A DNA stretch of 63,998 nt, filler included, from Octopus bimaculoides (Eukaryota), in NCBI RefSeq assembly GCF_001194135.2. It is 9 parts of 9 records of this genome, joined end to end, with 100 filler letters (N's around TTAATTAATTAA, not from the genome) between each part and the next. Parts side by side here need not be neighbours in the genome. Positions count along the whole stretch, not along the records: positions 9,266 to 20,210 come from NC_068990.1; positions 20,311 to 22,808 come from NC_068982.1; positions 22,909 to 32,418 come from NC_068989.1; 6 more parts are not named here. One strand, written 5' to 3'. The notes under the pieces were generated by a model. That model searched no databases. It had not been told where the DNA came from and saw only the letters and a list, made by a program, of their open reading frames with translations. Positions 12,872 through 24,957 of the stretch are shown here, in pieces. Position 1 is the stretch's first letter. Every line of letters starts with the position of its first letter. Both the position numbers and the translations under genes were made by a program.

Positions 12872-13625
12872 CTGAAAAAGAAACAGAAAAAAAATATGAT
12901 TTTGTTTATTTTGTTGTTGTTTGGCCCCAGGTCATTACTGAACCAGCACACTTATGGTCAAAGGGGCTCCCACCATGACCATCCTGTTTTAATTTCAGCG
13001 CACACACAAACACACACATATATATACGTAAAAAAAACAAGGAGTGCGTTACATGAATGTTTTCAGAAGTCAAACACTTATAGTAATAAACAAACGAATG
13101 GAAAAAAGGCGCAGAAAAACGTATACTAAATGCACAGATGAATGGAGAACAAACACCGAAAGTCACTAACTCCTCATCAGTTATCGACCAGGGGCTCGGG
13201 TGCAATTTCATGCCATTATTGATAATATTTCTTCCACCCTGGAGGCAAACAGCAAGAGAACTTGATGGGAGTGTAACCAAAAGATGACAAGACGAAATGA
13301 GACGGACAAACAAGAATGAACAAGGTATACGGAAATGGAGAAACGAAAATGGATTAAAGTGATTCGAGATGAAACTGTAAGTGGACGGACGAGGGACAAA
13401 AAAAATAGATAAATAAAGAGAATATGGCATTAAGAACAAATGAAGACAACAAAAAAAAAACAATACATATACAACAAAAAAATCCGGGGTCTAGCAGACA
13501 GACAAGTGTGGAGTAACGCAAAGGAGAAATTAAAAATGTCCGACTAGACTAAACCAACGCAAGAGAAAGGCAGAGCGAGTTTGTTTTATTGTTCAAAGTA
13601 GCAGCATAACAATGGTTTCAAATTT

Positions 13626-13817
13626 TGGCACAAGGCCAGCAATTTAGAGGGAGTTCGGGTAGGTCAACTACATCAACCCCAATATCTTAACTGGTACTTA
13701 TTTTATCGATCCTGAAAAGATGAAAGGCAGTGGAATTTCAACTCAGAATGTAAAGACGGACGAAATGCTGCTAAGCATTCGTTCCAGTCTGTTAATGATT
13801 CTGCCAGCTCACCACCT
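13626..13817 (-). mobile_element. SINE family B (B-box GAGTTCAAATTCC type)
   Basis: Homologous to 39974-40168 and 63280-63908. Confidence 0.8.
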
Positions 13818-13824
13818 GAAGTAG

Positions 13825-13992
13825 CAGCTTAATAATGACAAAGTTATTTCACTAAATTCTTCGTTATTTCAAAATTAATTAAAACAAAAGGTTGTTTATT
13901 TCAGAAATGTGGTAAGAAAAGGCTCAGCTATTTTACTAAATTCTTTGAAACAAATACAGTGTATTTCATCCCAAATACGGTAACAAAAGGTT
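13825..13992 (+). mobile_element. Partial piggyBac-like MITE
   Basis: Similar to the 3' half of 32016-32253 (TAATGACAAAGT..ACTAAAT..TTCAAAATTAATT). Confidence 0.45.
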
Positions 13993-14174
13993 TATAGCCA
14001 TTGTGCCTGGTCTGATGGATAATATTTCCTTATTCGTATGTTGTTATGTAAATCCATAGAAAGATAAGCCTAGCTCTGTCTCTTTACTAGTTGTGCTGGT
14101 CCCACGATGGGTGGACTAGCAAAGGGGGCGAACAACAAAACAAATACGAAGTCTGAAAGAATCTAAATACTTAC

Positions 14175-14356
14175 AAGACTGAGAGTGTAAGGTGCCACAC
14201 TGCCGCCAACATGTGCAAAGGTGTTCATAGCCCCTAATGCACCGTTTCTTATACAAGTTGGATATAATTCCAAAGTGTATAAATACATAAATCCATAAGC
14301 TGCAGTGATAAACAAACGGCCGAATATCGAACTGGCAGTTAACATCCATCGATGGG
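14175..14356 (-). CDS. SLC22/Orct-like transporter internal exon (TM10-TM11)
   Basis: Acceptor TTTTTCAG, donor CTT|GTAAGT; 182 nt, phase 1 in and 0 out; (A)HRWMLTASSIFGRLFITAAYGFMYLYTLELYPTCIRNGALGAMNTFAHVGGSVAPYTLSL with the ELYPTxxR signature. Confidence 0.93.
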
Positions 14357-14768
14357 CTGAAAAAGAAAAAAATAAAAGACAGAATTTTTAAGTAAAAACA
14401 ACAACAAAAAAATCATTTTCGGTATTTCACAGACATGTGGACCCTTAATATAATTCTCAGGTAAAATCAAAATGACAACGACTGACTAAGGTGTATATAA
14501 TTTCAATATGTGGGCTTTTCTACAGTTTCCGTCTGCCCAGTCTCATTCATAAAGCACAGGCCCTCCGAAATTGTGGGTTGGTACCCAGCATGCTGGAAGC
14601 CCACAAGGAGTGAGTTACCCCTTAGCTTTCGCTAAAGCCTGTCTCTAGAAATCCCCTTGAAACACAGGGTATGTCTCCTTCAATAATTGGCAGAGACTTG
14701 GTCAGTGAATCCTCTGCGATGGTCAACAAACAACAGCAAGATGAGCTGTTATGGATCACACTATCCCA

Positions 14769-14820
<52 letters not shown>

Positions 14821-14943
14821 ATGTGACTGGGGACCACATGGGAGCTCGTGTCCCCACTGAAACTAGGAACAAGAAACTCCTGTCAGAGTTGGCTCAATCC
14901 ATCCCGGATGAATGCCACAACAAGTACAAGTAAGCAAGTAGAA

Positions 14944-15213
14944 AGTATGGGTTGAGCCAAGGTTATAGAAAATGACATTAACTCAACATGTTACACAGTG
15001 GGATTGAACCAGGAGCCAGGGTATTGTGAAGCAAGCTTCTTAACCATTTGACCATACGAAACATTACATCAAACCCGGTGCTTGACTGTTTCTTTAGTCT
15101 TTTGATCGTGAAAGAATGAAAGGCAAAAACGACCTTGGCAGCATTGGAATCCAGAACACAAATCAGAAGAAATACCACTAAGCATTTTGTCCGGTGCAGT
15201 AATGATTCTGCCA
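14944..15213 (-). mobile_element. Adjacent SINE fragments (family A head, family B body)
   Basis: Similarity to other in-window copies. Confidence 0.65.
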
Positions 15214-15749
15214 TACAAAAAGAGTTTGGATAAAATAATGGAAACACCGGATTAAATGGAAGTTTTATTATTTAATATGGCCTTGGTCCACGTTTAGCAT
15301 CAAGCACAGATTTAATATGTTGAGGAATTGACTTGTACAAATCCTGGATGGTTGTTAAAGGAAGTTTCATCCATTCTTTAAATAAAACCTTCTTTAGATC
15401 TTTCCACAACAATGGTGGAAGGAAACATCTTCTCCCTTGTTACTCCAAAATGCATCATAAATGTTCAGTTATGTTACGGTGGAATGATTGTAGGGGTGGT
15501 CTACTTCAATTTTGTGCTTTTCTTACCAATTTTGAATAACAATCATGTGAATTGTCACATTATTGCCCTGCATGGAAAGCAGACATTAAGCGATAATGAT
15601 GATGATGATGATGATGATGAGGATGATGATGATGATATATAATGATGTATATAATTATGATATATTGTTACATCATTCAATGTTTAGGTAAATTTCGTCA
15701 ACTACCCAATCACTCTCTTTCTTTCTCTCTCTCTCCGCCCATCTCTCTC

Positions 15750-17335
15750 TTTCTTTCTCCACACACAAAAAGGAAACTCATTTCGACCATGAACAAGGTA
15801 GCACCAATAATCATAAAATATATAACACATTCCATGAATAAATGGCAGACACTGCTACAGCTCCAAACAAAAGAGGGACTCATAAAAAACAAAGACATCC
15901 CCACTAGAAGAGGAATATTCCAGGGAGATATGCTCTCTCCACTCCTTTTCTGCTGGGCACTGACACCTTTACCTGACATACTAAACAGAACTGGATGCGG
16001 ATACAACTGTTACGACAAAACAATCAGCCACCTCTTATATATGGATGATCTAATACTGTACGCTACAAATGATAAGCAGCTGGAAACATTACTACAGACA
16101 GTAGATGGATTTACCAAAGAAATAAGCATAAAATTTGGCTTAGGAAAATGTGCCAAAGTAACCTTGAAAAGAGGAAAACTAGTTAAGAGTAACAGCATTA
16201 CACTAGATACAGCAAATGAAATAATAGAATTAGACCCAAAGTCAGACATACAAATGCTTAGGAATCAATGAGCTAGATACGATACAACACACACAAATGA
16301 AATAAAAAAATTAAAAAAAGAATACTACAGACGAGGTAGATTAATACTGAAAATGGAGCTCAATGCGAAAAACAAGATAATAGGTATCAACACGCTACCT
16401 GTCCCAGTTATAAGTTATAGCTACAATATCCTTATCTAAATGAACTAATCAAAATAGACAGGAAAACAAGAAAAATAAGCACGATTTAGGATGTACCATA
16501 CAAAATCTGATATAGAAAGGCTATATATACAATGTATAGAAGGTGGTAGAGGCCTTATACAGCGAGAAAACTATTACAAAAAACTCCCATAGGACTACAG
16601 AAATACCTAATTCAGAAGGAAGGAAAACTAATGCAAATAGCCACAAAACACGAACAAAACAAAAAAAAAACTGTTTTCAGTCTTTAAGGAAGCTGACAAA
16701 TACAAAAAAGAAGTCATAGTACCTAACAACTATGAAGAAAAAGAAGAAACAATAAAAGCTGTAAAACTACTGAAATCCAAACTAAAACTGGACCAGCAAC
16801 GGATCATGATAAAACGATGACAAGAAAAGCCCCATCATGGCGAATACTGGGTTAAACTAAACAGAAAATAAATAGACAAAGCACAATCTAAACAATGGCT
16901 CAATGCAGGGTTCAATGCAGAGACTGAAGGATTTTTAATTGCAGTACAACACCAAAACCTCCCCCAAAGTTACCAAAAACAAATAATGAAAAGAAACATA
17001 ACAAGTAACTGCAGAATACATGGAGATGGACAAGAAACAATAAACCATATTGTCTCCGGCTAAGAAGGAATATATTCACAGACACGACAGAGTTGGGACC
17101 TATATACACTAGAAGCTATGCCAACACTATGGAATAACAACAGAAAATAGATGGTATAGACACACGCCAGAAGAGGTCACAGACAATGAGAAAGCAACCT
17201 CCCTCTGGCATATGCCAATACACACAGATAGAGAAATTATGGGCAATAGGCCAGATATAATTGTCAGAGATCATAAAAAAAAAATGCTTTCTAATCGATG
17301 TATCAATACCAGCAGATGACAACGTTTCTCTACAA
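15750..17335 (+). mobile_element. R4/Dong-clade LINE, RT through REL region, degenerate, antisense in an SLC22 intron
   Basis: RGIFQGDMLSPLLFC; HLLYMDDLILY; FGLGKCAKV; ELNAKNKIIGINTL; AETEGFLIAVQ; CRIHGDGQETINHIVSG. Confidence 0.92.
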
Positions 17336-17365
17336 GAGAGTTCCTACAAAACTTGTGATAATAAG

Positions 17366-17524
<159 letters not shown>

Positions 17525-17533
17525 TTTGTTTAC

Positions 17534-17760
17534 CTTTAGTGCCATAGAGGACGGGAAATATTCCAGCGATACAAGCAATTCCAGCCAAAACCATCAGGCT
17601 AGCATGCAATTTTTTTCTTCCGATACGATTTAACAGAAAGAAACCGAGAATGTAGGCTGGAAACTCGACAACCGAATTCAAAAAAAAATTCATATAGAGA
17701 TTGCCATACAATTTGCCAACATTAAGTGAAATGCCGTAATATACCATGCTCACAATTGCC
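17534..17760 (-). CDS. SLC22/Orct-like transporter internal exon (TM7-TM9)
   Basis: Acceptor TTTTACATAG, donor AAAG|GTAAAC; 227 nt, phase 2 in and 1 out; AIVSMVYYGISLNVGKLYGNLYMNFFLNSVVEFPAYILGFFLLNRIGRKKLHASLMVLAGIACIAGIFPVLYGTK. Confidence 0.93.
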
Positions 17761-18249
17761 CTATGTAAAAAGAATTGAAACATTTTATATAATGTACAAA
17801 AATTCACAAAAATTGCAGACCAAACCCTGGTTAGATGGGGCTACGTAATTTCTTAGAGAGAATTATGATAATTTGAACATTGAGACCAACAGCAAGTAAA
17901 GTTATACAACTAACTGTCTAATATAGACAACTAAGACAACTTAAGAACTGAGACAGAGTTAGCCAATGAGAGCCAGTTAACTTTAGTGTGTTGGATCAAT
18001 GGTGAGTAGATGGTTTGTATGTATATGTGGCCTTTTTTAGTTTGTGTGCATGGAGTGTTTATGTTCATGGAGTGTTTATGTTCATGGAGTAAAAAGTATT
18101 TTGTGATAAGCAGAATTCACTGATTTGTCTGTAGTCTCTGACACTTGTTAGCCTTCGGTAATTCTTAGTGAAATAGTTTTCTAAATTTGATGAAGGGCCC
18201 TGCCTAAATCATCATATCCTTCCTCTTCCTCACAGCAAAGATTTACCTA

Positions 18250-18480
18250 AAATGGTTTGTCGGTTTGCCTCAAGGTCCCAGCAGACAAAGTAGAAAAGGT
18301 GTTGCCCCAGATGCACTGGAACAGCCATTCTGACCCACGGGGCTCACACTTGCGGATGGCTGTTTCCACCCTGATAGTGGTGAGCAGGGATGTGGTCGAG
18401 GGGCTGAGAATGTTGGAAGTCTCCACTGCCACAGGCTTGACCACAAACCTGTCAGAGAATGGCCAATACTTTAATAACCT
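18250..18480 (-). mobile_element. CRE-like REL-endonuclease LINE C-terminal relic
   Basis: FVVKPVAVETSNILSPST..CEPRGSEWLFQCIWGN resembles the FxPxAVETxG..W/FLFQRLS..RGNA terminus of REL LINEs. Confidence 0.55.
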
Positions 18481-18559
18481 ACTTTTAGGGACATCAGACA
18501 GCTTGTTCAGATTCAACACTTTTGTTACCATGTTTTTGTTAAAATACGTTAATTTTATT

Positions 18560-18930
18560 TGAATGAATTTTGAAAATAATGAGGAATTTAATGAAATAAC
18601 TTCCCCATAATTAAGCTGGTGTTTGGAGCACAAATTAACATGAAATTTTATCAGTAAATTTCAAATTAGATCAAACAGAAAGTTTATATGGAAGAACAAG
18701 AGACATTTTTATGTGGGTTGACCCTCTAATTTGCTATTTCTATATACGAAGACCAAGAAGAAATCTTGTGAAACAGAATTTATCTCAGCGAGATACCTAT
18801 TGAAATTAGCTGAGGAGACACATTTACACCGTTGGATATACTTAAACCAAATGTTCAGAATCCCAGCCAAAAAGGACCGATGCTTGACGGGGCGAAACAA
18901 CTGTAGGGATCAATAAACATTCCCGTAAAT
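18560..18930 (+). mobile_element. Possible Penelope-like 3' end with a hammerhead relic
   Basis: Weak protein resemblance; hammerhead-like helices at 18860-18910 followed by AATAAA. Confidence 0.3.
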
Positions 18931-18982
18931 TCCATATTCTGTTTCTCTCATCAATCAAATATTAATATATATACACGAATAG

Positions 18983-19220
18983 AATCAAAATAAGCAACAG
19001 GATATCCACACGTGATGCAGTACGACCGCTTCAAGCGGTTCCATTTAATTGAACAATGCAATCATTACATCAATTTAAATGCAGAGCTATCTTCAGTTGC
19101 ATAAATAAATAAATAACCCTGCATTTAAATTGATGTAATGATTGCATTGTTCAATTAAATGGAACCGCTTGAAGCGGTCGTACTGCATCACGTGTGGATA
19201 TCCTGTTGCTTATTTTGATT
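18983..19220. repeat. Perfect inverted repeat, 102-bp arms with a 34-nt spacer
   Basis: 18983-19084 is the exact reverse complement of 19119-19220. Confidence 0.97.
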
Positions 19221-19419
19221 TTATTCACCTAATTTTGAAATTGCACGGATAATACTGCACTAATTTTTTGTGCTTCAACTTAAGTACGTAATTCATCTGA
19301 ATCTCAATTATTTTGCTTAACACATCAACCAAACCTGTACGACACTTCTGGTACTTAATTTCAACAAGATGGAAAGGATAAATATGGAATTTTTTCAGAA
19401 GGACATCCTCTTACATAAT

Positions 19420-19765
19420 AAGGTTACCCATATGTGGCTACTAATCCATAGGACAAATGAGTTTGTTTGGAGGATGAGGTAGATAGCTTACCATCATGAA
19501 GCTAAGAAGGAAAATAGAACCTTAGAAACATATGATAAAATTATTATAAGAAGATATTCAAAAGCAGAAAAAATCCTCCACCTAGCACACGACTAGAAAA
19601 CTTTGAAAAAGACTTATTTGAACTGATAGCTAATGTAAAATTCAAGGAACACCCACTTAGAAAAAAAAAACTTACATCTGAGGAAACTTAAGGACTTTAT
19701 TAAATCATTGCGGAACAAACCAGAAATACTTGTAGCAGCAGATAAAACTGGAAACTTATTGTTGA
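19420..19765 (+). mobile_element. Penelope-like element N-terminal ORF fragment
   Basis: FKSRKNPPPSTRLENFEKDLFELIANVKFK..KLKDFIKSLRNKPEILVAADKTGNL matches the PLE pre-RT ADKTxN motif. Confidence 0.7.
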
Positions 19766-19769
19766 AGTT

Positions 19770-20173
19770 TTGTAGTACACTTATTCCAAGAACATATACT
19801 TAAATTTTATGTATCTTCCATGAAAAGTGGATGTGTTTGCACTTTCAAAGGGGCTCTGTCCCATGTTATAAACCCCTTTAGGGTTAGGGTTAAATAATAT
19901 TGTAAGATGGTGAAATTTTGGAAATCGTCTTTATTTAGTACCTAGTAGTTATGTTGCTATTTTCATTGAAATCGGAGGTATTTGAAATTTCATAGGGGGT
20001 GTTTGCCCCACTTTAATCCCCCTAATCGCAATGGAAAGGGAATTTTATGTAGTTCATCGTCTTTCTCGTAAAATTTTACATGAGAACACATACTTTTGTC
20101 TTTAGGTATCTTCTATTCCGTTTCGTCCTATAGATGTACAGACACACAGACGTTGAGTTTTATTATATAAGAT
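19770..20173. mobile_element. Helentron/DINE-1-like non-autonomous element (tentative)
   Basis: TTTCATTGAAATCGG block and terminal ACAGACACACAGACGTTGAGTTTTATTATATAAGAT. Confidence 0.45.
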
Positions 20174-20310
20174 ATATATATATATATATATAATAAATAA
20201 ATAAATATATNNNNNNNNNNNNNNNNNNNNNNNNNNNNNNNNNNNNNNNNNNNNTTAATTAATTAANNNNNNNNNNNNNNNNNNNNNNNNNNNNNNNNNN
20301 NNNNNNNNNN

Positions 20311-20372
<62 letters not shown>

Positions 20373-21167
20373 TTTAGGACACGTTGCATGCCCGACAAGG
20401 TGAAATTGTAGGGAGATATGCCTGCTATTTATAGCAGGCCACAGTTCTCTGCAGAGGCTTTCTCGTCATTTGTAATATACTTATTTTAGTATGAAGCAAA
20501 TTGTCTTTTAATAGGATTAACAGAAAAGTTGCTGTACACTATGGCTGAAAAGACATGATAAGTGAGAAAATAAATATCCTTCTGAGATGACATTTCCATT
20601 GTTCTGTTCAATTTGTCAGCAAAATAACAAAAAATGTACTTTTTGTTTTATATAAAAACCTACCTAGTTATTTGGAAAATACTGTGTTTTAAATATATAT
20701 ATATATATATATATATATTCGCAAAATTACTAAAGTTACCAAGTCAAATGTGTGGTTTGTGAAGTGTTTAAGACGAAAAGGTGAAAAATATACAAGTGCA
20801 ATGACTAAATATATTATGTACTTGTAGTGTCATGATAATAAAAAGAATGAGTCTCTGGCTGTTTTACTGTAAACTATTATTAAAGCAATTCAAAATTATG
20901 AATGAAACAAAATAAGTTACTTCGTATTGTTATGGTTGAATGATTACTCTTACAGCTGGAGGTATCATTAGACGGTAATATGAACCAAGAAAACAATTGT
21001 AACTCGTGGAGGAAATGGGGAGTTAGTTACAACTCTGGGCCAGTTAGAAACCTGATCAGTCTATCACTGACACTATTATGCGACAAAGAATAGGGTGGAA
21101 TGGGTGAAGGGAACGTACCAGTAGTAATATTTTGTTGTTTGTCTCAGGTCAGAATAATTGAGTAGAG

Positions 21168-21339
21168 TTATGAATCATCAAAGTTATTCCAACCGTGGCC
21201 ATATCGTCCGTTTCTTTCTGATAGTGTGTCACGTATTTGTTTAAACATGGAATTTTTAAACCCACCACAAAGATTTTCGCCGTCTTTATTTACAGAAAGT
21301 TCTTCAGATCTTTGTAGTTTTAAACATGGGACATAGAAT
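21168..21339 (-). other. Candidate terminal exon of an unknown transcript
   Basis: Acceptor TTATTTTGCAG, then an open frame FYVPCLKLQRSEE...GWNNFDDS*; no homology recognised. Confidence 0.25.
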
Positions 21340-21354
21340 CTGCAAAATAAATAA

Positions 21355-21407
<53 letters not shown>

Positions 21408-21990
21408 TGTTTAGCGTCTGTATTCTTTCCTGTTCTGGGTTTGATCATTTGACAGGATGCGACCGGTCAGAGGACAGTGTCGAGCTCCTATGTCTGTATC
21501 TAGGACTACATTATCCTGTGTGTCCATCTTTTTAAAGGTGGTAGGGTGTGGTTACTATTTCAAGTAGATCATTTCACCATGCGAAGATCCCTTGTTGGTT
21601 TGTATTTGTTGGTGATGATGATGGTGGTAGTGGTGGAGATGATCAACCTCAGTTGAACAAACTTCTGATTTATGGGCAGCAGTCAGTGGAACGACTATGT
21701 ATGCCCAACAGATCAATTTGTCCACAAGGTAGGGTCTATGGCCAGCCACTCTACTTGATACAATTAACGTCTTAGAAGAAAAAGGAGAACGTATCGGACC
21801 AGGAATAATTACGTGCCAAAAAATAAATAAAGTTATGGTCCTAGAAAGTTGGCCGAGCAATAAAAAGAGAACAGAAAAAAAAGTTAAGTTTAGTTGTATG
21901 ACAGAGGCAGTTCAGCTTGATGGATTTCAATATCTCTGAAAACTGTAGACTTTATCGAAGAAGTATTGTGGTAATGGAATATTACTTGCT

Positions 21991-22371
21991 GTTGTTGGCA
22001 CTCCGTCGCTTACGACGTCGAGGGTTCCAGTTGATCCGATCAACGGAACAGCCTGCTCGTGAAATTAACGTGCAAGTGGCTGAGCACTCCACAGACACGT
22101 GTACCCTTAACGAAGTTCTTGGGGATATTCAGCGTGACACAGTGTGACAAGGCTGACCCTTTGAATTACAGGCACAACAGAAACAGGAAGTAAGAGTGAG
22201 AAAAAGTTGTGGTGAAAGAGTACAGCAGGTTCCGCCACTATCCCCTGCCGGAGCCTCGTGGAGCTTTAGGTGTTTTCGCTCAATAAACACTCACAACGCC
22301 CGGTCTGGGAATCGAAACCGCGATCCTATGACCGCGAGTCCGCTGCCCTAACCACTGGGCCATTGCGCCTC
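21991..22371 (-). mobile_element. tRNA-derived SINE family C, full length
   Basis: A box TGGCCCAGTGG, B box GTTTCGATTCC; near-identical to 53871-54252. Confidence 0.92.
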
Positions 22372-22454
22372 TACAATATTATTTAAAGTTTAATAAAATA
22401 AGCTCCAATAAAGTGCTCGGGGTTATTACTTCATCTGTGCCTTCCTACGAAATT

Positions 22455-22807
22455 TATGGTGTTAGACACCATTAAGGGATTTTATGGACGACATCACTCT
22501 ACTATCGGAAAGTAGAGAAGCAGCAGAGGGAACGTTAGAGCGGTTGGATGAACTAATAGGATGGGCAAGAATGAAATTCAAAGCCAAAAAATCTCGAAAC
22601 GTGGCTTTCGTGAAAGGAGTGCAAGAAGAAGTGAAATTCAGGATAGGAGGTGAAGACATACCAACGGTGAAAGAACAACCAGTAAAGAGTCTCGGCAGAT
22701 GGTATAGAGACTTATTAAATGATAAGAAGCAAGGGAAAGAGACACACGAGTTAGTAGAACAAGGATTGAAGGCAGTTGACAGAACAACACTGCCGGGAAA
22801 ATTCAAA
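22455..22807 (+). mobile_element. HERO/R2-superfamily LINE RT fragment, open frame, truncated by a gap
   Basis: FMDDITLL..LDELIGWARMKFKAKKSR..IPTVKEQPVKSLGRWY. Confidence 0.8.
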
Positions 22808-22914
22808 TNNNNNNNNNNNNNNNNNNNNNNNNNNNNNNNNNNNNNNNNNNNNTTAATTAATTAANNNNNNNNNNNNNNNNNNNNNNNNNNNNNNNNNNNN
22901 NNNNNNNNCTAGCA

Positions 22915-23090
22915 TGTCATGCAAAACGTTTAACAGCATTTTGTCCATCTTTATGTCCTTAGTTCAAATTCCAATGAAGTCCACTTTGCCTGTCAGCCTT
23001 TCGAGGTCGATGAAATGAAATACCAGTTCAAATTTCCCCCTCCCCGAAATTTCTGGCCTTGTGCTGAAATTTGAAACCATTATTATTATC
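22915..23090 (+). mobile_element. SINE family B, diverged
   Basis: Similarity to 39974-40168. Confidence 0.7.
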
Positions 23091-23436
23091 ATTATTAGTT
23101 GCTATTTAAATTTTTTTTTTGTGTGTGTGTTTTAAAATTTTTTTTCTTTTTCTTTGCAGTGAGGCTCCCTTTGGTGATGAGAAATACTGATGTTCATTGC
23201 TGTGACAATCTTTGGCACTAGGTAAATACATCATGTACTGTACAAATGTTGATACAGGAGTCACTTCACATACATTACACATGTATGCGTGTACTGCGTA
23301 TGTTTTCTATGTTGTGTGCATATGTATGATATCTGTATGTTATGACCATATGGAAGCAGAAATCAAATCAAAATGAACTAAGAAAAATATGGCCAACACA
23401 GATGATGATGATAGTGATGACTACAGCAGTGCTTAC

Positions 23437-23762
23437 ATTGGAGAATGCATTTGTTATAATTTTTTTCATTCAAAAGCTGATTGGCTAATCGGACAACATT
23501 CAGCAAAAGACTGAAGTACTCAGCCTTGCTTTTGATTGGAGAATTGGAGGAGGAACAGATGTTTGTCATGTACCACTTGCTGAAAACAAAAAAAGTGAAA
23601 AAGAAAAAAAACAACAAAATACAAAGGTAAAAGTACCATTTTCAAAAGATGTGCAAAAAAAAAAAAATTAACAACCAAATAATTAAAAAAAAAACAAGAA
23701 AAAAATGAATTGAAAAAAAGCAACCCAAACAGACAGTAAATATACCTGTTGGTATATGGCAT
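23437..23762 (-). other. Candidate two-exon unit (23746-23762 and 23437-23579)
   Basis: CAG|GTATAT donor, T-rich TTTTCAG acceptor, T|GTAAGC donor; phase-compatible MPYTNSKWYMTNICSS..KCILQ; no homology recognised. Confidence 0.22.
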
Positions 23763-24547
23763 TGCTTGGCCCCGGCTACTTCAGCAAGTATATCAGAAAC
23801 AACACATAGCAACGGCCACGTTTGGTTGATTGCTTCCACCCACCTTATAATTTTTAAAAATTTTCATAAATTTTTTTTTTGATGTTTATCACTGTCATAC
23901 TTGGCTAGCTTCTATTTAATCTCCAAAAATTTAATACCTACTAATCTGGTAGATATCAGATTTGTTGGTCTAGCACAGCATTTTTTAAAAAATTACATTC
24001 ATATATTTACTAGATTTTTTTCTTACACTGCCAATATATGCTAAGCGGGGGAAGAAAAACAAACAAAAAACTCTCTCTCATTATTTTTTTTTCACTTTCA
24101 TTATTATTCATTTGTTTTTAATTTCATATATATATATTTTTTATTTTTAATTAACTTTATCTTTTCCATGAGGAAAAGCTTTCCCCCACTTTATGACCAG
24201 TAGATAAAACAAGTATTTCTGTGATTCACAAGTTATATATATGTATATATATACATACAGGTAAGTATGTATATATGTGTGTGTGTATGTATGTATATTT
24301 ATATATATCTATATTATATGTATGTGTATGTATATGTACACACACATACACACACACACACACTAGCACACATAACACATACTATGCATATATGCAGACA
24401 TAAATAAACACATATGTAATGTGTGTGTGTGTGTGTGTGTGTGTGTGTTGAGGTGGGGGGGGGCAAGAGGGAGAGAGTGCAATAAATATTGAAAACTAAA
24501 TGACCAATATAGCTGCAGCAACAAATGTATTGTTAAAGGAATTACAG

Positions 24548-24593
<46 letters not shown>

Positions 24594-24775
24594 TAGATGT
24601 GTTTTTTGTTGGCTCAACAAATTCCGTTAATTGGAAAGTTAAAATTAAAGAAAAAAAAAAGTAGAAATGTCACAAATTTATTTATGTATTCTTTGCATGA
24701 AGAAATTGTTACCGAATCTAATGGACATTTAGAAATATGAACATGCGTGTGTGTGTGTGTGTATGTGTGTATATA

Positions 24776-24824
<49 letters not shown>

Positions 24825-24854
24825 TTTATTTAAAAGCAGCAGAAATATAACTAA

Positions 24855-24898
24855 AAACTGTTACTCAGAGTTTCACGTTCCCGTTCATCGGACAGTTT
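24855..24898 (-). ncRNA. Minimal type I hammerhead ribozyme-like motif (U4C core variant)
   Basis: AAACTGT-CCGATGA-ACG GGAA CGT-GAA-ACTC T GAGT-A-ACAGTTT: stems I, II and III pair; GUA cleavage triplet. Confidence 0.65.
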
Positions 24899-24913
24899 AG
24901 TTAGAAACTAACT

Positions 24914-24957
24914 AAACTGTCCGATGAACGGGAACATGAAACTCCGAGTAACAGTTT
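24914..24957 (+). ncRNA. Second hammerhead-like copy with a stem II mismatch
   Basis: AAACTGT-CCGATGA-ACG GGAA CAT-GAA-ACTC C GAGT-A-ACAGTTT. Confidence 0.55.

Noticed and set aside
13141-13240. Minus-strand CTCCAG acceptor with open frame GGRNIINNGMKLHPSPW between SLC22 exons
   Set aside because: Not SLC22-like; exons 14175-14356 and 12704-12871 already join in frame
19119-19190. GGAACCGCTTGAAGCGGTC as a possible hammerhead stem III within the 102-bp palindrome
   Set aside because: No CUGANGA core and no matching stem I
19878-19892. TTAGGGTTAGGGTTA telomere-like motif
   Set aside because: Only 2.5 units, inside a repeat fragment
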